Of a stretch of DNA of 32,000 bases, positions 1-9,353 are shown in pieces. The notes under the pieces are model-generated. The model did not search any database, was not told where the DNA came from, and was given only the letters and a program-made list of their open reading frames with translations. A program made the translations under genes and the position numbers. This DNA comes from Pseudoalteromonas translucida KMM 520 (GTDB lineage Bacteria > Pseudomonadota > Gammaproteobacteria > Enterobacterales > Alteromonadaceae): the NCBI RefSeq assembly GCF_001465295.1, contig NZ_CP011034.1, forward strand, positions 3,030,001 to 3,062,000, in the 5' to 3' direction. Each line of letters opens with the position of its first letter. The stretch's first letter is position 1.

Positions 1-2933
1 AGTTCAAATGGCTGTTCAAGGTAGGTTAAATTACTCCCATAATCAGTACACTGCGCCGCAGCTTGCACTCCTGTTATTTTAAATTGCGATGGCGCAAAAC
101 GGCCCACATTATAAAGCTCGCCTTTAACATCACCCGCACCAAAGTAATCGCTATCGTTTAGCCCTGCTATTAAATCAATAATCCCAACTTGGTCATAACT
201 ATATTGCGATATGGATTCACTTAAACTACCGGTATCTTTAAATGCAACAGTGTTAACGACTGCAAGTGTTCCAGAAGCACCTGCTGTGGGCAGCTTTAAT
301 TGCGCTGTTACTGAAGGTTGCTCATTAATAAAATGCTTAGCAATAGGATTGTTAGTAATATCACTGTAGTTATCGGGGTAACCATCGTTGTTGTTGTCTT
401 GACCTGCACGCCATTGCACTGCATTCATTTTTAAATCAAATGTCTCCCCTGTTAGTTTAAACAAGCTACCTGCGGCATCTGTTGCAAAACCATCATTGGG
501 TAAGTTCATAGCCAAGCCAAAAGGTTTTACTACATACTCGTTAGAGCTACCGGTTAAATTAACCGACAAGTTAGTAATCGGATCCAGTATTAAATTAGTT
601 TTAGCATTAAGGCTAAGCTGTGCTGCATCGGGGTAATTTATTATTATTTTCGCTTTAGACTCATCATCAAACTGTAATGGCACTGATTTATAACTTTGTT
701 CAATCGCGTATACTTTATTATTATTGCTAAGCTGCACCGGATCAGAGCAACTTACCCCTGCGCTACAGGTATAGGCTAAATCTAAAGCAACTTCTGCCCC
801 CACAGGAAACGCCGCTTCACACGCCCCCGTGGCGGTATTCGTTTTTACAGCTTGAATTGCTAATGCTTTTGCATTAAATCCTGTATTTGAAGGTTTACCT
901 GATAGTTGGGTAGGAATTGTTGTATTGTTATCGCTTTCATTTTTAAAAATAAAACCCGCCTCCGCAAACACCACTTTACAGCCACTTAAACCAACATTTT
1001 TACCGCCAATATAACAACGTAACGGCGCAGATGGATCTGCAGTGTTATAACCAATTGTGGCACTGCCAGTGGTACGTTTTGCAAACTGTATATTAGTACT
1101 ACCAGTAAAGCTGATATTCTCACCGGTTACCCAGCTTTGCTTGCTACTATTATCTGGTGATAAATTTAAGCTTGATGGCTGATCAAATAAAATATCGCAA
1201 GTATCATTTGCACAGGCGGTTAAAGCCATGTCTTTAGCTTGACAAGTCAGTCCCTGGTTATCACTCATTGATACTCTATAATGATCTAGCAATACAGGCT
1301 TATAAATCCCACAAAAGCCTGGAATATTATCTGGTACTGGTATGGCATCAAAAGTAGAACTACCCTCGGTAATAATTTGTGTGCCTGAGGTAATAGAGCC
1401 TTCGTATGTTACATTTTGCGCTATTCTTACCTCGCCGGTAGCAACAATATAAGCAGCTATATTGGCATTGGCGGCAATCGCAATCGCACCATCAACATAA
1501 ATAGCAAGATACGCCCCCGAATCAACTACTATATTGGTTTTACCTATATTTAAAAATGAGGTAGAGAGTAACGAACTTGTGTTTTTTAAAAAAATACGCG
1601 TAGGAGCCGTTACTCTGTATTGATCCTCTAGCATGGCAAGCTGCAACTCATCATAAAAATAATCCCCAGCTAAAGAGGCTGGCACTGGTGGCACAGAGCT
1701 GCCATCGTTAGCCACTGTAGGCACTTGAGCTGCCTGGCTGGGTGTTAAAGAGTTATTACCACTTGCTAAACAAGCTTGACCGTTACATAGCGGTGGATTA
1801 GTTAGCGCCAAAGACGTTAAATTAGTAGTCGTAATAAATTGCGCGTTATTGTCTGTTACTTTAACGCCTTGGACTAACTGCACCAAACCATCATTGTAAG
1901 TAGATAGCGCGCCTGGAAATAAAGTGTCACAACTTAAAATTTCGCCGCTAGAAACAAACGAACTGGTCATGGCTAAAATAGATACTTCTTCTTTAGGATG
2001 AGAGCGCTCATTATCGCCATCTCGGTCTTCATCGACCACCAGCCCGACTCGCTTAGCTTTTAAATTACAACTTCGTAACCAGCCACCATCGTCTCCTACA
2101 CGCGAGTTTTTACTTGCAACAACTAAAGGCGATTGCGAATAACGATTAGTGAAATTAAAATAATTACATCCATCGTTCCAACCACTTACTGCAAAGCCAG
2201 TAAAAAAGCTCTCCCAAATAACCTCCACATCATTATCATCTGTGAATGAGCGACTAGCCCCGGGCTCTACTGCTAAATATGCTACTTTTTCGCTTTTAAT
2301 TATACCAAATGCCGTTTCAGAAGCTTCTAACGCAATATTTACTCCGCTTGCCGATAACGAGGCTGTTTCTATCGCAATAGTTAAAAAGGGCACTAAAGCT
2401 TGTGCAGGAGGGTTACTATCTAAACTATTAAGCGTTTGTAATGAATGAAATAAATTTGGCCGCTGGGTAAACGAATGGGCAAAAGCAAGCGACTTATAGC
2501 CCTTTGGAGTAAATGGAGAAAAACCAGATTTGGCACCATATTGCACCTCTAGATGTAAATCGGTGCTTCCTACTTCCATAATAGTGCCATCAGGGAATTC
2601 ATGAACCCCATATTCTACCGCTAAATAATGTGCGCCCATATTAATATGCGCACCATCCTCACCGGAAGGCTCCAAAGGGAGTGCTTCAAACCCGGTAGTC
2701 GTGATATTTTTAACCCGAATAATTGCAGGATTACCACCTTGGTTAGTTGAAAGCATAAAAACAGCTGGAGGAGTTATATATTGCTGTTGAAAATTAATTT
2801 TTGTCCATACTGGTGATGTATAGGTATTTTGCAACTCAATAAAGCGCCCTTCAATCTTAGGTGCTGCAGCATTAGCGTTATTGCTAAATAAAAGCGCGGC
2901 TAAGCATATGAGTACGAGAGTATTTTTTATCAT
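1..2933 (-). CDS. mshQ: MSHA biogenesis protein MshQ, partial (C-terminus lies beyond the left edge of the window)
   Basis: ATG at 2933 forms an ATGA overlap with the mshP stop. Hand translation gives a signal-peptide-like N-terminus, MIKNTLVLICLAALLFSNNANAAAPKIEGRF. A spot translation of codons 59..2 in the same frame (AAQCTDYGSNLTYLEQPFEL) shows no stop. No competing ORF of 60 aa or more exists in 1..2241. It is missing from the ORF track because no stop falls inside the window. It is the last gene in the canonical msh order. Confidence 0.7.
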   Translation of the reverse strand, partial: MIKNTLVLICLAALLFSNNANAAAPKIEGRFIELQNTYTSPVWTKINFQQQYITPPAVFMLSTNQGGNPAIIRVKNITTTGFEALPLEPSGEDGAHINMGAHYLAVEYGVHEFPDGTIMEVGSTDLHLEVQYGAKSGFSPFTPKGYKSLAFAHSFTQRPNLFHSLQTLNSLDSNPPAQALVPFLTIAIETASLSASGVNIALEASETAFGIIKSEKVAYLAVEPGASRSFTDDNDVEVIWESFFTGFAVSGWNDGCNYFNFTNRYSQSPLVVASKNSRVGDDGGWLRSCNLKAKRVGLVVDEDRDGDNERSHPKEEVSILAMTSSFVSSGEILSCDTLFPGALSTYNDGLVQLVQGVKVTDNNAQFITTTNLTSLALTNPPLCNGQACLASGNNSLTPSQAAQVPTVANDGSSVPPVPASLAGDYFYDELQLAMLEDQYRVTAPTRIFLKNTSSLLSTSFLNIGKTNIVVDSGAYLAIYVDGAIAIAANANIAAYIVATGEVRIAQNVTYEGSITSGTQIITEGSSTFDAIPVPDNIPGFCGIYKPVLLDHYRVSMSDNQGLTCQAKDMALTACANDTCDILFDQPSSLNLSPDNSSKQSWVTGENISFTGSTNIQFAKRTTGSATIGYNTADPSAPLRCYIGGKNVGLSGCKVVFAEAGFIFKNESDNNTTIPTQLSGKPSNTGFNAKALAIQAVKTNTATGACEAAFPVGAEVALDLAYTCSAGVSCSDPVQLSNNNKVYAIEQSYKSVPLQFDDESKAKIIINYPDAAQLSLNAKTNLILDPITNLSVNLTGSSNEYVVKPFGLAMNLPNDGFATDAAGSLFKLTGETFDLKMNAVQWRAGQDNNNDGYPDNYSDITNNPIAKHFINEQPSVTAQLKLPTAGASGTLAVVNTVAFKDTGSLSESISQYSYDQVGIIDLIAGLNDSDYFGAGDVKGELYNVGRFAPSQFKITGVQAAAQCTDYGSNLTYLEQPFE

Positions 2934-3421
2934 GGTAACGTTTTAGCCTCTACACTTAGTGTGCGTTGCGTTTGCCAGTAATCTTTTCTACATGCGTCCC
3001 CCAATGGACAATCAATTGGCGCGCAAGTCGCACTACTTTGTAAATAATAAATATTAACCGTTCCCGAGCGCGCACTGCTATCGGGTAAATCCAGGTACTC
3101 TGTACAGCTAATAGATACATCACAAAACGATAAATAATTTGTTTTAAAGGTTCGGCTTGTAGTTACTGAGGCACAATTTTGTGCTGCGCTATTAAGCGGA
3201 AATAATTCGGTTAAACCGCTTTCTAAACCACTTTGCGCAGCCATATATGCTCGCGCGCCATAATACTCTATCGTATTTTGCTGCGCTGCCCCGCTCAGCA
3301 CTTTAACTAATGCTAAGCCAAGTGCTAATAAGGCTACAATAATCACTAAACACACAACAATTAAGTTACCTTGTTGCTTTGTGGGTGAGCGGGTAATTTG
3401 CTGATAATTATTAAGGTACAT
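2930..3421 (-). CDS. mshP: MSHA biogenesis protein MshP (PilX-like hydrophobic N-terminus, no prepilin cleavage motif)
   Basis: ORF track 2930..3439. The likelier start is the ATG at 3421 (MYLNNYQQ...), preceded by AGGTG about 10 nt upstream. The ATG at 3439 is an alternative. One TM segment (LIVVCLVIIVALLALGLALV). Sits between mshO and mshQ. Confidence 0.6.
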   Translation of the reverse strand: MYLNNYQQITRSPTKQQGNLIVVCLVIIVALLALGLALVKVLSGAAQQNTIEYYGARAYMAAQSGLESGLTELFPLNSAAQNCASVTTSRTFKTNYLSFCDVSISCTEYLDLPDSSARSGTVNIYYLQSSATCAPIDCPLGDACRKDYWQTQRTLSVEAKTLP

Positions 3422-4253
3422 TTGGCACGTGCACCTCATGGTTAAAGTTCATTACTTCGGTTTCGTTAAAGCGCATTTGTGCATTAACATTAAGTACAGC
3501 ATTTCGCTGTAAGGCCACCGGCTCTATGGTAAAAAATAAGTTACTTGCTAGGTTATTTGCAATATAAAGCCCTAACAAATCACGCTTAACACCCGAGGTT
3601 ACTTGTAAGCTAGGCGCATCTGACTGAGTGCTATTAAAAGCATAATTTGTATAACGATATAAAAACTGTCCTTCTACACAAAAACTAACTGGCTCAGCTA
3701 ATAAATATAATCGTTTACTGGGTGATTCTGCTGCAAATGCTTTACTAAATTGCCACTGATCAATAGCATTTCCTGCCGTGTTATCAAATGCTAAAACTTG
3801 TAAGCGTTTATGATTATTTTCGTTATATATATCATCGCTATTTAATGGATAAACTGCTGCCCAGTTACCCGCTTGTGGTTTAGTTAAGTTATTAAGCTCA
3901 AAATCAACTGCGGTAATATTAAACGGGGCTGTGGTCGGTAAATAATTTGTATAATGAGTAGCTGATAAAAAAGGGGTAAACTCAAGGCACTGATGAGTAT
4001 TGCACGCCCCTTTACTGTCGTTATCACAGCTTAATCTAAGTGAATTAGGTGTTGCATGGCGTAGCTCTTTACTAATACGTGTTATTAAAAACCGCGCTTG
4101 CGCTACTGCTTCTTGACGCTCCACGCCTTGAGCGTAAATACTTACACCTGCGCCAATAAACGAAAATGCACTAACGGCTAAAATACCTAAAATAACCATT
4201 ACTAGTAATAGCTCAATTAAGGTAAATGCGTATTGTCGCGTTATGTTATGCAT
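3411..4253 (-). CDS. mshO: MSHA minor pilin-like protein MshO (class III signal, N-methylation motif)
   Basis: N-terminus MHNITRQYA/FTLIELLLVMVILGILAV carries the FTLIE prepilin motif with Glu at +5. TAATG 1-nt overlap with the mshD stop. Position follows the msh order. Confidence 0.7.
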   Translation of the reverse strand: MHNITRQYAFTLIELLLVMVILGILAVSAFSFIGAGVSIYAQGVERQEAVAQARFLITRISKELRHATPNSLRLSCDNDSKGACNTHQCLEFTPFLSATHYTNYLPTTAPFNITAVDFELNNLTKPQAGNWAAVYPLNSDDIYNENNHKRLQVLAFDNTAGNAIDQWQFSKAFAAESPSKRLYLLAEPVSFCVEGQFLYRYTNYAFNSTQSDAPSLQVTSGVKRDLLGLYIANNLASNLFFTIEPVALQRNAVLNVNAQMRFNETEVMNFNHEVHVPNVP

Positions 4254-4792
4254 TAATAATTCCCTTTATAAGCACTAAAGCCGTATACCTCACCCAGAGG
4301 TGAAGTAACCTCTATAGTAATGCGCTTAAAAGTGGTGCCATCATTACTAGTGGCATCATTAAAATCACTGTCGTACTGCACTTTAACAACCAAGCTAAAG
4401 CCACTATATTGCGGTAATAAAATACCTAAACTATTGGTTATTGGCTGCCCCGTAAGTGCTATATAGTCGTCAACATCGTTATAACTGGTACGTGTTTCTG
4501 AATTATCTGGTCCAAAGTCTGCCGCTACGGTACAGGGCTCTGCACCTAAGGTTGTTTCGCCGCAACGCCTAAAAGGAGCGCTTCTATCGCTATGCTCATC
4601 AAACGATTTGCTTTGAATTTCGTTCATGAGTGATTGCCCAAACTCCGAAGCACGTAATGCCACAATAGGCTCAGCACTTTTTTGAGCTTGAGGTGCAATA
4701 AGCGCAGTAATAATACTCAGCGCAATTGCAAACATCACAATACCAACAATTAACTCTATTAAGGTAAAGCCTTTATGTTTAAGGGCAGGCAT
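4253..4792 (-). CDS. mshD: MSHA minor pilin MshD
   Basis: MPALKHKG/FTLIELIVGIVMF prepilin motif. The ATG at 4792 has a GAAGGG Shine-Dalgarno about 7 nt upstream. The ORF track start at 4807 is a GTG alternative. Confidence 0.7.
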   Translation of the reverse strand: MPALKHKGFTLIELIVGIVMFAIALSIITALIAPQAQKSAEPIVALRASEFGQSLMNEIQSKSFDEHSDRSAPFRRCGETTLGAEPCTVAADFGPDNSETRTSYNDVDDYIALTGQPITNSLGILLPQYSGFSLVVKVQYDSDFNDATSNDGTTFKRITIEVTSPLGEVYGFSAYKGNY

Positions 4793-5264
4793 AAATAAGC
4801 CCTTCACCGCTAATGCATACCGCGGCTAACCCTATATCTATTCGACATTGCGTTGTGCAGTTTTGATCAACCCTACCAAGGGGATCAAAGTTAACTTGGG
4901 TAAACACATTACCGTTACTGTCTAATGCGTTAAAGGTAATATCACTTCTTTGGCTATTAATTTGTATTACTAAGTGCTCACTATTGTTTATATCGGCCCC
5001 TCCTGAGCAGGTATCAGGGGTTGGTCCTGCAATTAACCTACTTGTAATGTAAAGCTTATGACAGCTTGTGGTCGCCGTATTTTGCATGGCACGTAACTGC
5101 ACTGTTCGCAGTGCATTTAATGTGCGGTCCCTATACGAGTACGCATCCTCGGTTGAACTACCTAAAAATTTGGGAACTGCCGTTACCGACAGTATTCCCA
5201 AAATAATTAAAGTAATAATTAATTCAACGAGGGTAAAACCGCGCTGCTTACCACTGCTGATCAT
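4779..5264 (-). CDS. mshC: MSHA minor pilin MshC
   Basis: MISSGKQRG/FTLVELIITLIILGIL prepilin motif. Starts 8 nt downstream of the mshA stop. Confidence 0.7.
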   Translation of the reverse strand: MISSGKQRGFTLVELIITLIILGILSVTAVPKFLGSSTEDAYSYRDRTLNALRTVQLRAMQNTATTSCHKLYITSRLIAGPTPDTCSGGADINNSEHLVIQINSQRSDITFNALDSNGNVFTQVNFDPLGRVDQNCTTQCRIDIGLAAVCISGEGLIYACP

Positions 5265-5272
5265 TTATGTAA

Positions 5273-5806
5273 TTAACAGCCATCTGTCACTAAAGTAACT
5301 ACAGGCGCTGTAACAACTGTTTTAATTGGTGCTGTTGTTGTCGCTGCTGCTGTTGCTTGTTTATAATCAATACGACAGTCGTCAGTTTTTACATAACTAT
5401 TTGGATAAATAATTAATGTGCCATCCCCTGCTGAATCATCAAGATTAAAATCAGCAGTATTATCTGTTGCAAATTTCACATCTAAAAATGCTTCAAACGC
5501 TGCTTGTGTCGCTGCAGGGTAGCCGTACACAGTAGCTACATTTCCAGTATCTACTGCAACAATTCCTATAGCTTCTTTTTGGTCACTGGCAATAATCGAC
5601 TTACCATTAACTATATTCATACCACTGCGAATTGATCCCTGTAGTCCTTCCAGCGTAGATGCGTTCGCATCACCTTGCAGGTTTAAAAAGCGCGGTGCTG
5701 CTACTACTGCTAAAATACCTAAAATAACAATAACAATAATTAACTCAACAAGCGTAAAACCTGCTTGCTTATTCAAAGGTTGATTTTTTAATGATTGTGT
5801 TTTCAT
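5273..5806 (-). CDS. mshA: MSHA major pilin subunit MshA
   Basis: MKTQSLKNQPLNKQAG/FTLVELIIVIVILGILAVVAAPRF is a type IVa prepilin leader plus conserved hydrophobic helix. C-terminal Cys144...Cys177 pair (D-region). Strong AAGAGG Shine-Dalgarno 8 nt upstream. It follows the only sizeable intergenic gap in the operon (26 nt). Confidence 0.8.
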   Translation of the reverse strand: MKTQSLKNQPLNKQAGFTLVELIIVIVILGILAVVAAPRFLNLQGDANASTLEGLQGSIRSGMNIVNGKSIIASDQKEAIGIVAVDTGNVATVYGYPAATQAAFEAFLDVKFATDNTADFNLDDSAGDGTLIIYPNSYVKTDDCRIDYKQATAAATTTAPIKTVVTAPVVTLVTDGC

Positions 5807-5832
5807 AAGTAAGCCTCTTTTTTAATAATTAC

Positions 5833-6417
5833 TTAATTTTTAAATATATGTACTTTGCCTGTTTTAGGTAAGTACGAAAAACCCACTGTTGCTGATGCTA
5901 TTGCACCATTTATAGGTATGTTTTGAGAGCTAAGAGTGTGCGTTGAATAATAGATACATTGCGTATTAGCTGCGTTATATCTAACTAAAAAACTAACCTC
6001 TTTTAAACTTAACTCCTCAGTATTTAGCGTGCTGCTGGGTGCATTTTGTAAAATTACATTTAACACCTGACGACATTTAATTGCATTAGTAGCGTGTGCC
6101 CGAGTATCCCATTTTTCTGTTTCATCACTTGTTGGTGTCCCCATCAATCCATCGACACCAACAATTACTCCTCCATAATTAACAAACGTTTTATTTAATA
6201 ACCCCTTGGGTCGCCTATTCAATTCCCATTGCCCGCGTACCAAACCTACCGCCGACATAAAGCTTGTAGCTACTGCATCAACATTTGCACTATGTGCCTG
6301 ATTTTTAATATCTATATACTTAGGTATAGCAAAACTTAAAATTACAGCCAGTAACACCACAACAATTATCAACTCAAATAAACTAAAGCCTGTTGAGCGA
6401 GTAATTATTGTCTTCAC
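5833..6417 (-). CDS. mshB: MSHA minor pilin, MshB-like
   Basis: GTG start 1 nt after the mshG stop, with AAGGT upstream. The leader MKTIITRSTG/FSLFELIIVVVLL has Gly at -1 and Glu at +5. It is the only ORF between mshG and mshA, so it is either MshB or occupies the MshF slot. The prepilin motif favours MshB. Confidence 0.55.
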   Translation of the reverse strand: MKTIITRSTGFSLFELIIVVVLLAVILSFAIPKYIDIKNQAHSANVDAVATSFMSAVGLVRGQWELNRRPKGLLNKTFVNYGGVIVGVDGLMGTPTSDETEKWDTRAHATNAIKCRQVLNVILQNAPSSTLNTEELSLKEVSFLVRYNAANTQCIYYSTHTLSSQNIPINGAIASATVGFSYLPKTGKVHIFKN

Positions 6418-6418
6418 T

Positions 6419-7645
6419 TTAATTACCTTTAATCGCTGACATCATATTCCACATCGGCATAAAAATACCTAAAGCTAAAATAAGCACCATAATTGCCACA
6501 AACACCGTTAATATAGGTTCTATTTTGGCGGTTAAGCTGCGTAAGTCGTAATCAACTTCACGCTCATAATAATCTGCGGCTTCTTGGAGTAACTCATCAA
6601 CTCGACCTGTTTCTTCGCCCACAGCAACCATTTGTAGTACAAGTTGAGAAAATAACTCACTGGCTCTTGAAACCCTGAGTAAACTGTCGCCTTTTTCAAT
6701 ATCTTGGCGCATGGTAATAATGGCTTTTTCCATATAACTATTATCTACAGCGTGCGCAGTGAGCGATAACCCCGTGGTCATAGGCACACCGGAGCGCAGC
6801 ACCATTGCCAAACATTGGCTATAACGTGCTAATAAAGTACGCTGTAGAATATCGCCAACAAAGGGGATTTTTAGCTTATATTTATCCCATTTATAACGCC
6901 CTGTTACGGTATTTAAATAACGCTTAAAGCCAATTATTGCGCCCACTAGCATTAAAATTAATAACCACCAGTAATTCACAAAAAAGTTGCTTGTTGCTAT
7001 TAATATTTGCGTCATTAAAGGCAGTTCAGCATTAAATTTAGCGAACATGCTGGCAAAGGTCGGAATAACAAAAATATTTAAAATGATCATGGCTCCCACC
7101 AGCGCACAAATTACAAACGTGGGATAACGCATTGCCGCTTTTATACGCTTGCGGGTTTCTTGTTCTTTTTCAAAATAGATAGCAAGTTGATAAAACGCAT
7201 CTTCTAAACGCCCAGCACCTTCGCCAACCATCACCATAGAAATAGTTAAACGACTAAATACTTTATTGTGCATCGACATGGCGCTTGATAGGTCACGGCC
7301 TTGCTCTAGCTGCTTAGTTACTTCCATTAACACCTGTTTAAAGGCTTTATTTTGGGTGGTATCTGCTAAACCAACCATGGCTCTAATAATAGGAATACCC
7401 GCTTTTAACAATGAATACATTTGCCTAGAAAACATAATCATGTCTTCTAGGCCTATTTTTTCATTAAATAAATTGTCAAAAACTTTAATGTTATTTTTAG
7501 TTTCAACCAGCGCAATTGAAATAGGAATAAATTGACGCTTTATTAAGTTATCAGCAACGCCTGCTTGGCTGCTCGCTTCAAGCTGACCTTTAACTAATAC
7601 TCCTTTGGCATCTTTTGCTTTATAGCTATATAGCTGCATCATCAC
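6419..7645 (-). CDS. mshG: MSHA platform protein MshG (GspF/PilC family inner-membrane protein)
   Basis: 408 aa with the two-repeat GspF architecture and three TM segments. Follows the ATPase gene. The track start at 7645 is GTG. ATG codons at 7642 and 7639 are equally plausible starts. Confidence 0.85.
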   Translation of the reverse strand: MMMQLYSYKAKDAKGVLVKGQLEASSQAGVADNLIKRQFIPISIALVETKNNIKVFDNLFNEKIGLEDMIMFSRQMYSLLKAGIPIIRAMVGLADTTQNKAFKQVLMEVTKQLEQGRDLSSAMSMHNKVFSRLTISMVMVGEGAGRLEDAFYQLAIYFEKEQETRKRIKAAMRYPTFVICALVGAMIILNIFVIPTFASMFAKFNAELPLMTQILIATSNFFVNYWWLLILMLVGAIIGFKRYLNTVTGRYKWDKYKLKIPFVGDILQRTLLARYSQCLAMVLRSGVPMTTGLSLTAHAVDNSYMEKAIITMRQDIEKGDSLLRVSRASELFSQLVLQMVAVGEETGRVDELLQEAADYYEREVDYDLRSLTAKIEPILTVFVAIMVLILALGIFMPMWNMMSAIKGN

Positions 7646-9353
7646 CTCCGACTATTTCGGGGATATATTCTGCAACCTTAAATACTTCATCTAAAGAAGT
7701 GATACCTTGTTTTGCATAACTAAGTGCCATAGCAGAGAGCGGAATAAAGTTAGCGCTATTTTTAGCCGCTTTAGCAAAGCCTTGCGTGTCATTAATACGC
7801 AAGGCATCCATCATTGCATCATCCATTTCAAGTAGCTCAAAAATACCTACTCGCCCCTTATAACCACTATGATTACATGCAGTACAGCCTTGTCCTTTAA
7901 AAAACTGTGTATCTGTTGTATTTTCGCCAAGGTACTTTAACCAACTGCTTTCTTGATGATCTGGCTGATACGGCGATTTACAATCGCTACATACACGCCT
8001 AACAAGGCGCTGGGCAATAATGGCACGTAACGAGCTTGCTACTAAATAAGCAGGAGCTCCCATATCAATAAGGCGCATTGCACTAGTAATGGCGTCGTTA
8101 GTATGTAAAGTCGATAACACTAAGTGACCGGTTAATGCAGCTCTTAAGCCTATATCAACGGTTTCTTGGTCACGCATTTCACCTACCATAATAATGTCGG
8201 GATCTTGTCGTAATGCGGTACGTAAAATACTCGCAAAACTTAAACCTATTTTATTATTTATCTGTACTTGGTTTATACGCCCAATTCGGTACTCAACCGG
8301 ATCCTCTACGGTAATAATTTTACTTTCTTGTTGATTAAGCTCACTTAACGCTCCATACAAAGTGGTGGTTTTACCCGAGCCAGTTGGCCCTGTTACCAAT
8401 ACCATGCCATGCGGGCGTTTAATAATACTGCGCACCCGTTTTAAAATATGTGCCGGCATACCGGTTTCATCTAACGATAATAAACCGGCTGATTGATCGA
8501 GCAAGCGCATCACTACAGATTCGCCATGTTGAATCGGCATGGTTGAGAGCCGTACATCTATACTGTGGCTACGCACTTTAATATTAAAGCGGCCGTCTTG
8601 TGGCAGGCGCTTTTCTGAAATATCTAACCCCGACATTAACTTTAAACGCAGTACTAAAGCTGAGGCTATTTTCACCTGATTTAAGGTGTGTTCTTGTAGT
8701 ATGCCATCAACCCGCTGGCGAATACGTAATAAGCCTTCATCGGGCTCAATATGAATATCTGAGGCACGTACCTGCACCGCATCTTCAAAAATAGATTGCA
8801 GTAACTTAACCACGGTAGCATCGGATGTTTCGTCACCAAGCGAATTAAGATCAAACTCTTCTACATCTTGGTATTCTTCGTGTAATTGCTCTGCAAAACT
8901 AGTGATCTCTTCTGTACGACGATATACGTTGTCAAATGCCGCCATTATTTGGCTTTCTTGCACAACCGCTAATTCTATTCGCTTTGGAGCGAGTATAGGA
9001 GCAAGTTGATCTAACCCTCTTAAGTCTGCAGGGTCACTCATTCCAACTAAAACAGAGTCGCCGTTGTCTTCAATTACTAACGCTCGGTAGCGGCGTGCGT
9101 AAACTTCGGATAAAAGCTTAGACACATCTGGTGATATTCTACGCTGCGAAATATCTAAAAAAGGCACTTTAAGCTGCTGCGCTAAAAAGCGCAGTAATTG
9201 CGGTTCACTAATAAATTCAAGTGTAATTAGGGTAGAGCCCAGCTTACGACCCGTTGCCGCTTGAACATTTAAGGCTTCACTTAACTGTGCTTCGGTGATC
9301 ATATGCTCATGAACAAGTAAATCCCCTAAACGCATTTTTAAACTAGGTCTCAT
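7626..9353 (-). CDS. mshE: MSHA extension ATPase MshE (GspE/PilB family with N-terminal c-di-GMP-binding MshEN domain)
   Basis: Walker A GPTGSGKTTT. Tetracysteine CSDC...CTAC. Tandem 24-aa MshEN motifs (RLGDLLVHEHMITEAQLSEALNVQ, AATGR spacer, KLGSTLITLEFISEPQLLRFLAQQ). ATGA overlap with the mshN stop. Confidence 0.9.
   Translation of the reverse strand: MRPSLKMRLGDLLVHEHMITEAQLSEALNVQAATGRKLGSTLITLEFISEPQLLRFLAQQLKVPFLDISQRRISPDVSKLLSEVYARRYRALVIEDNGDSVLVGMSDPADLRGLDQLAPILAPKRIELAVVQESQIMAAFDNVYRRTEEITSFAEQLHEEYQDVEEFDLNSLGDETSDATVVKLLQSIFEDAVQVRASDIHIEPDEGLLRIRQRVDGILQEHTLNQVKIASALVLRLKLMSGLDISEKRLPQDGRFNIKVRSHSIDVRLSTMPIQHGESVVMRLLDQSAGLLSLDETGMPAHILKRVRSIIKRPHGMVLVTGPTGSGKTTTLYGALSELNQQESKIITVEDPVEYRIGRINQVQINNKIGLSFASILRTALRQDPDIIMVGEMRDQETVDIGLRAALTGHLVLSTLHTNDAITSAMRLIDMGAPAYLVASSLRAIIAQRLVRRVCSDCKSPYQPDHQESSWLKYLGENTTDTQFFKGQGCTACNHSGYKGRVGIFELLEMDDAMMDALRINDTQGFAKAAKNSANFIPLSAMALSYAKQGITSLDEVFKVAEYIPEIVGGDDAAI

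Noticed and set aside
2242-2448. 68-aa plus-strand ORF inside the mshQ region
   Set aside because: It is embedded in the long open minus-strand frame that starts at 2933 and has no motif support.
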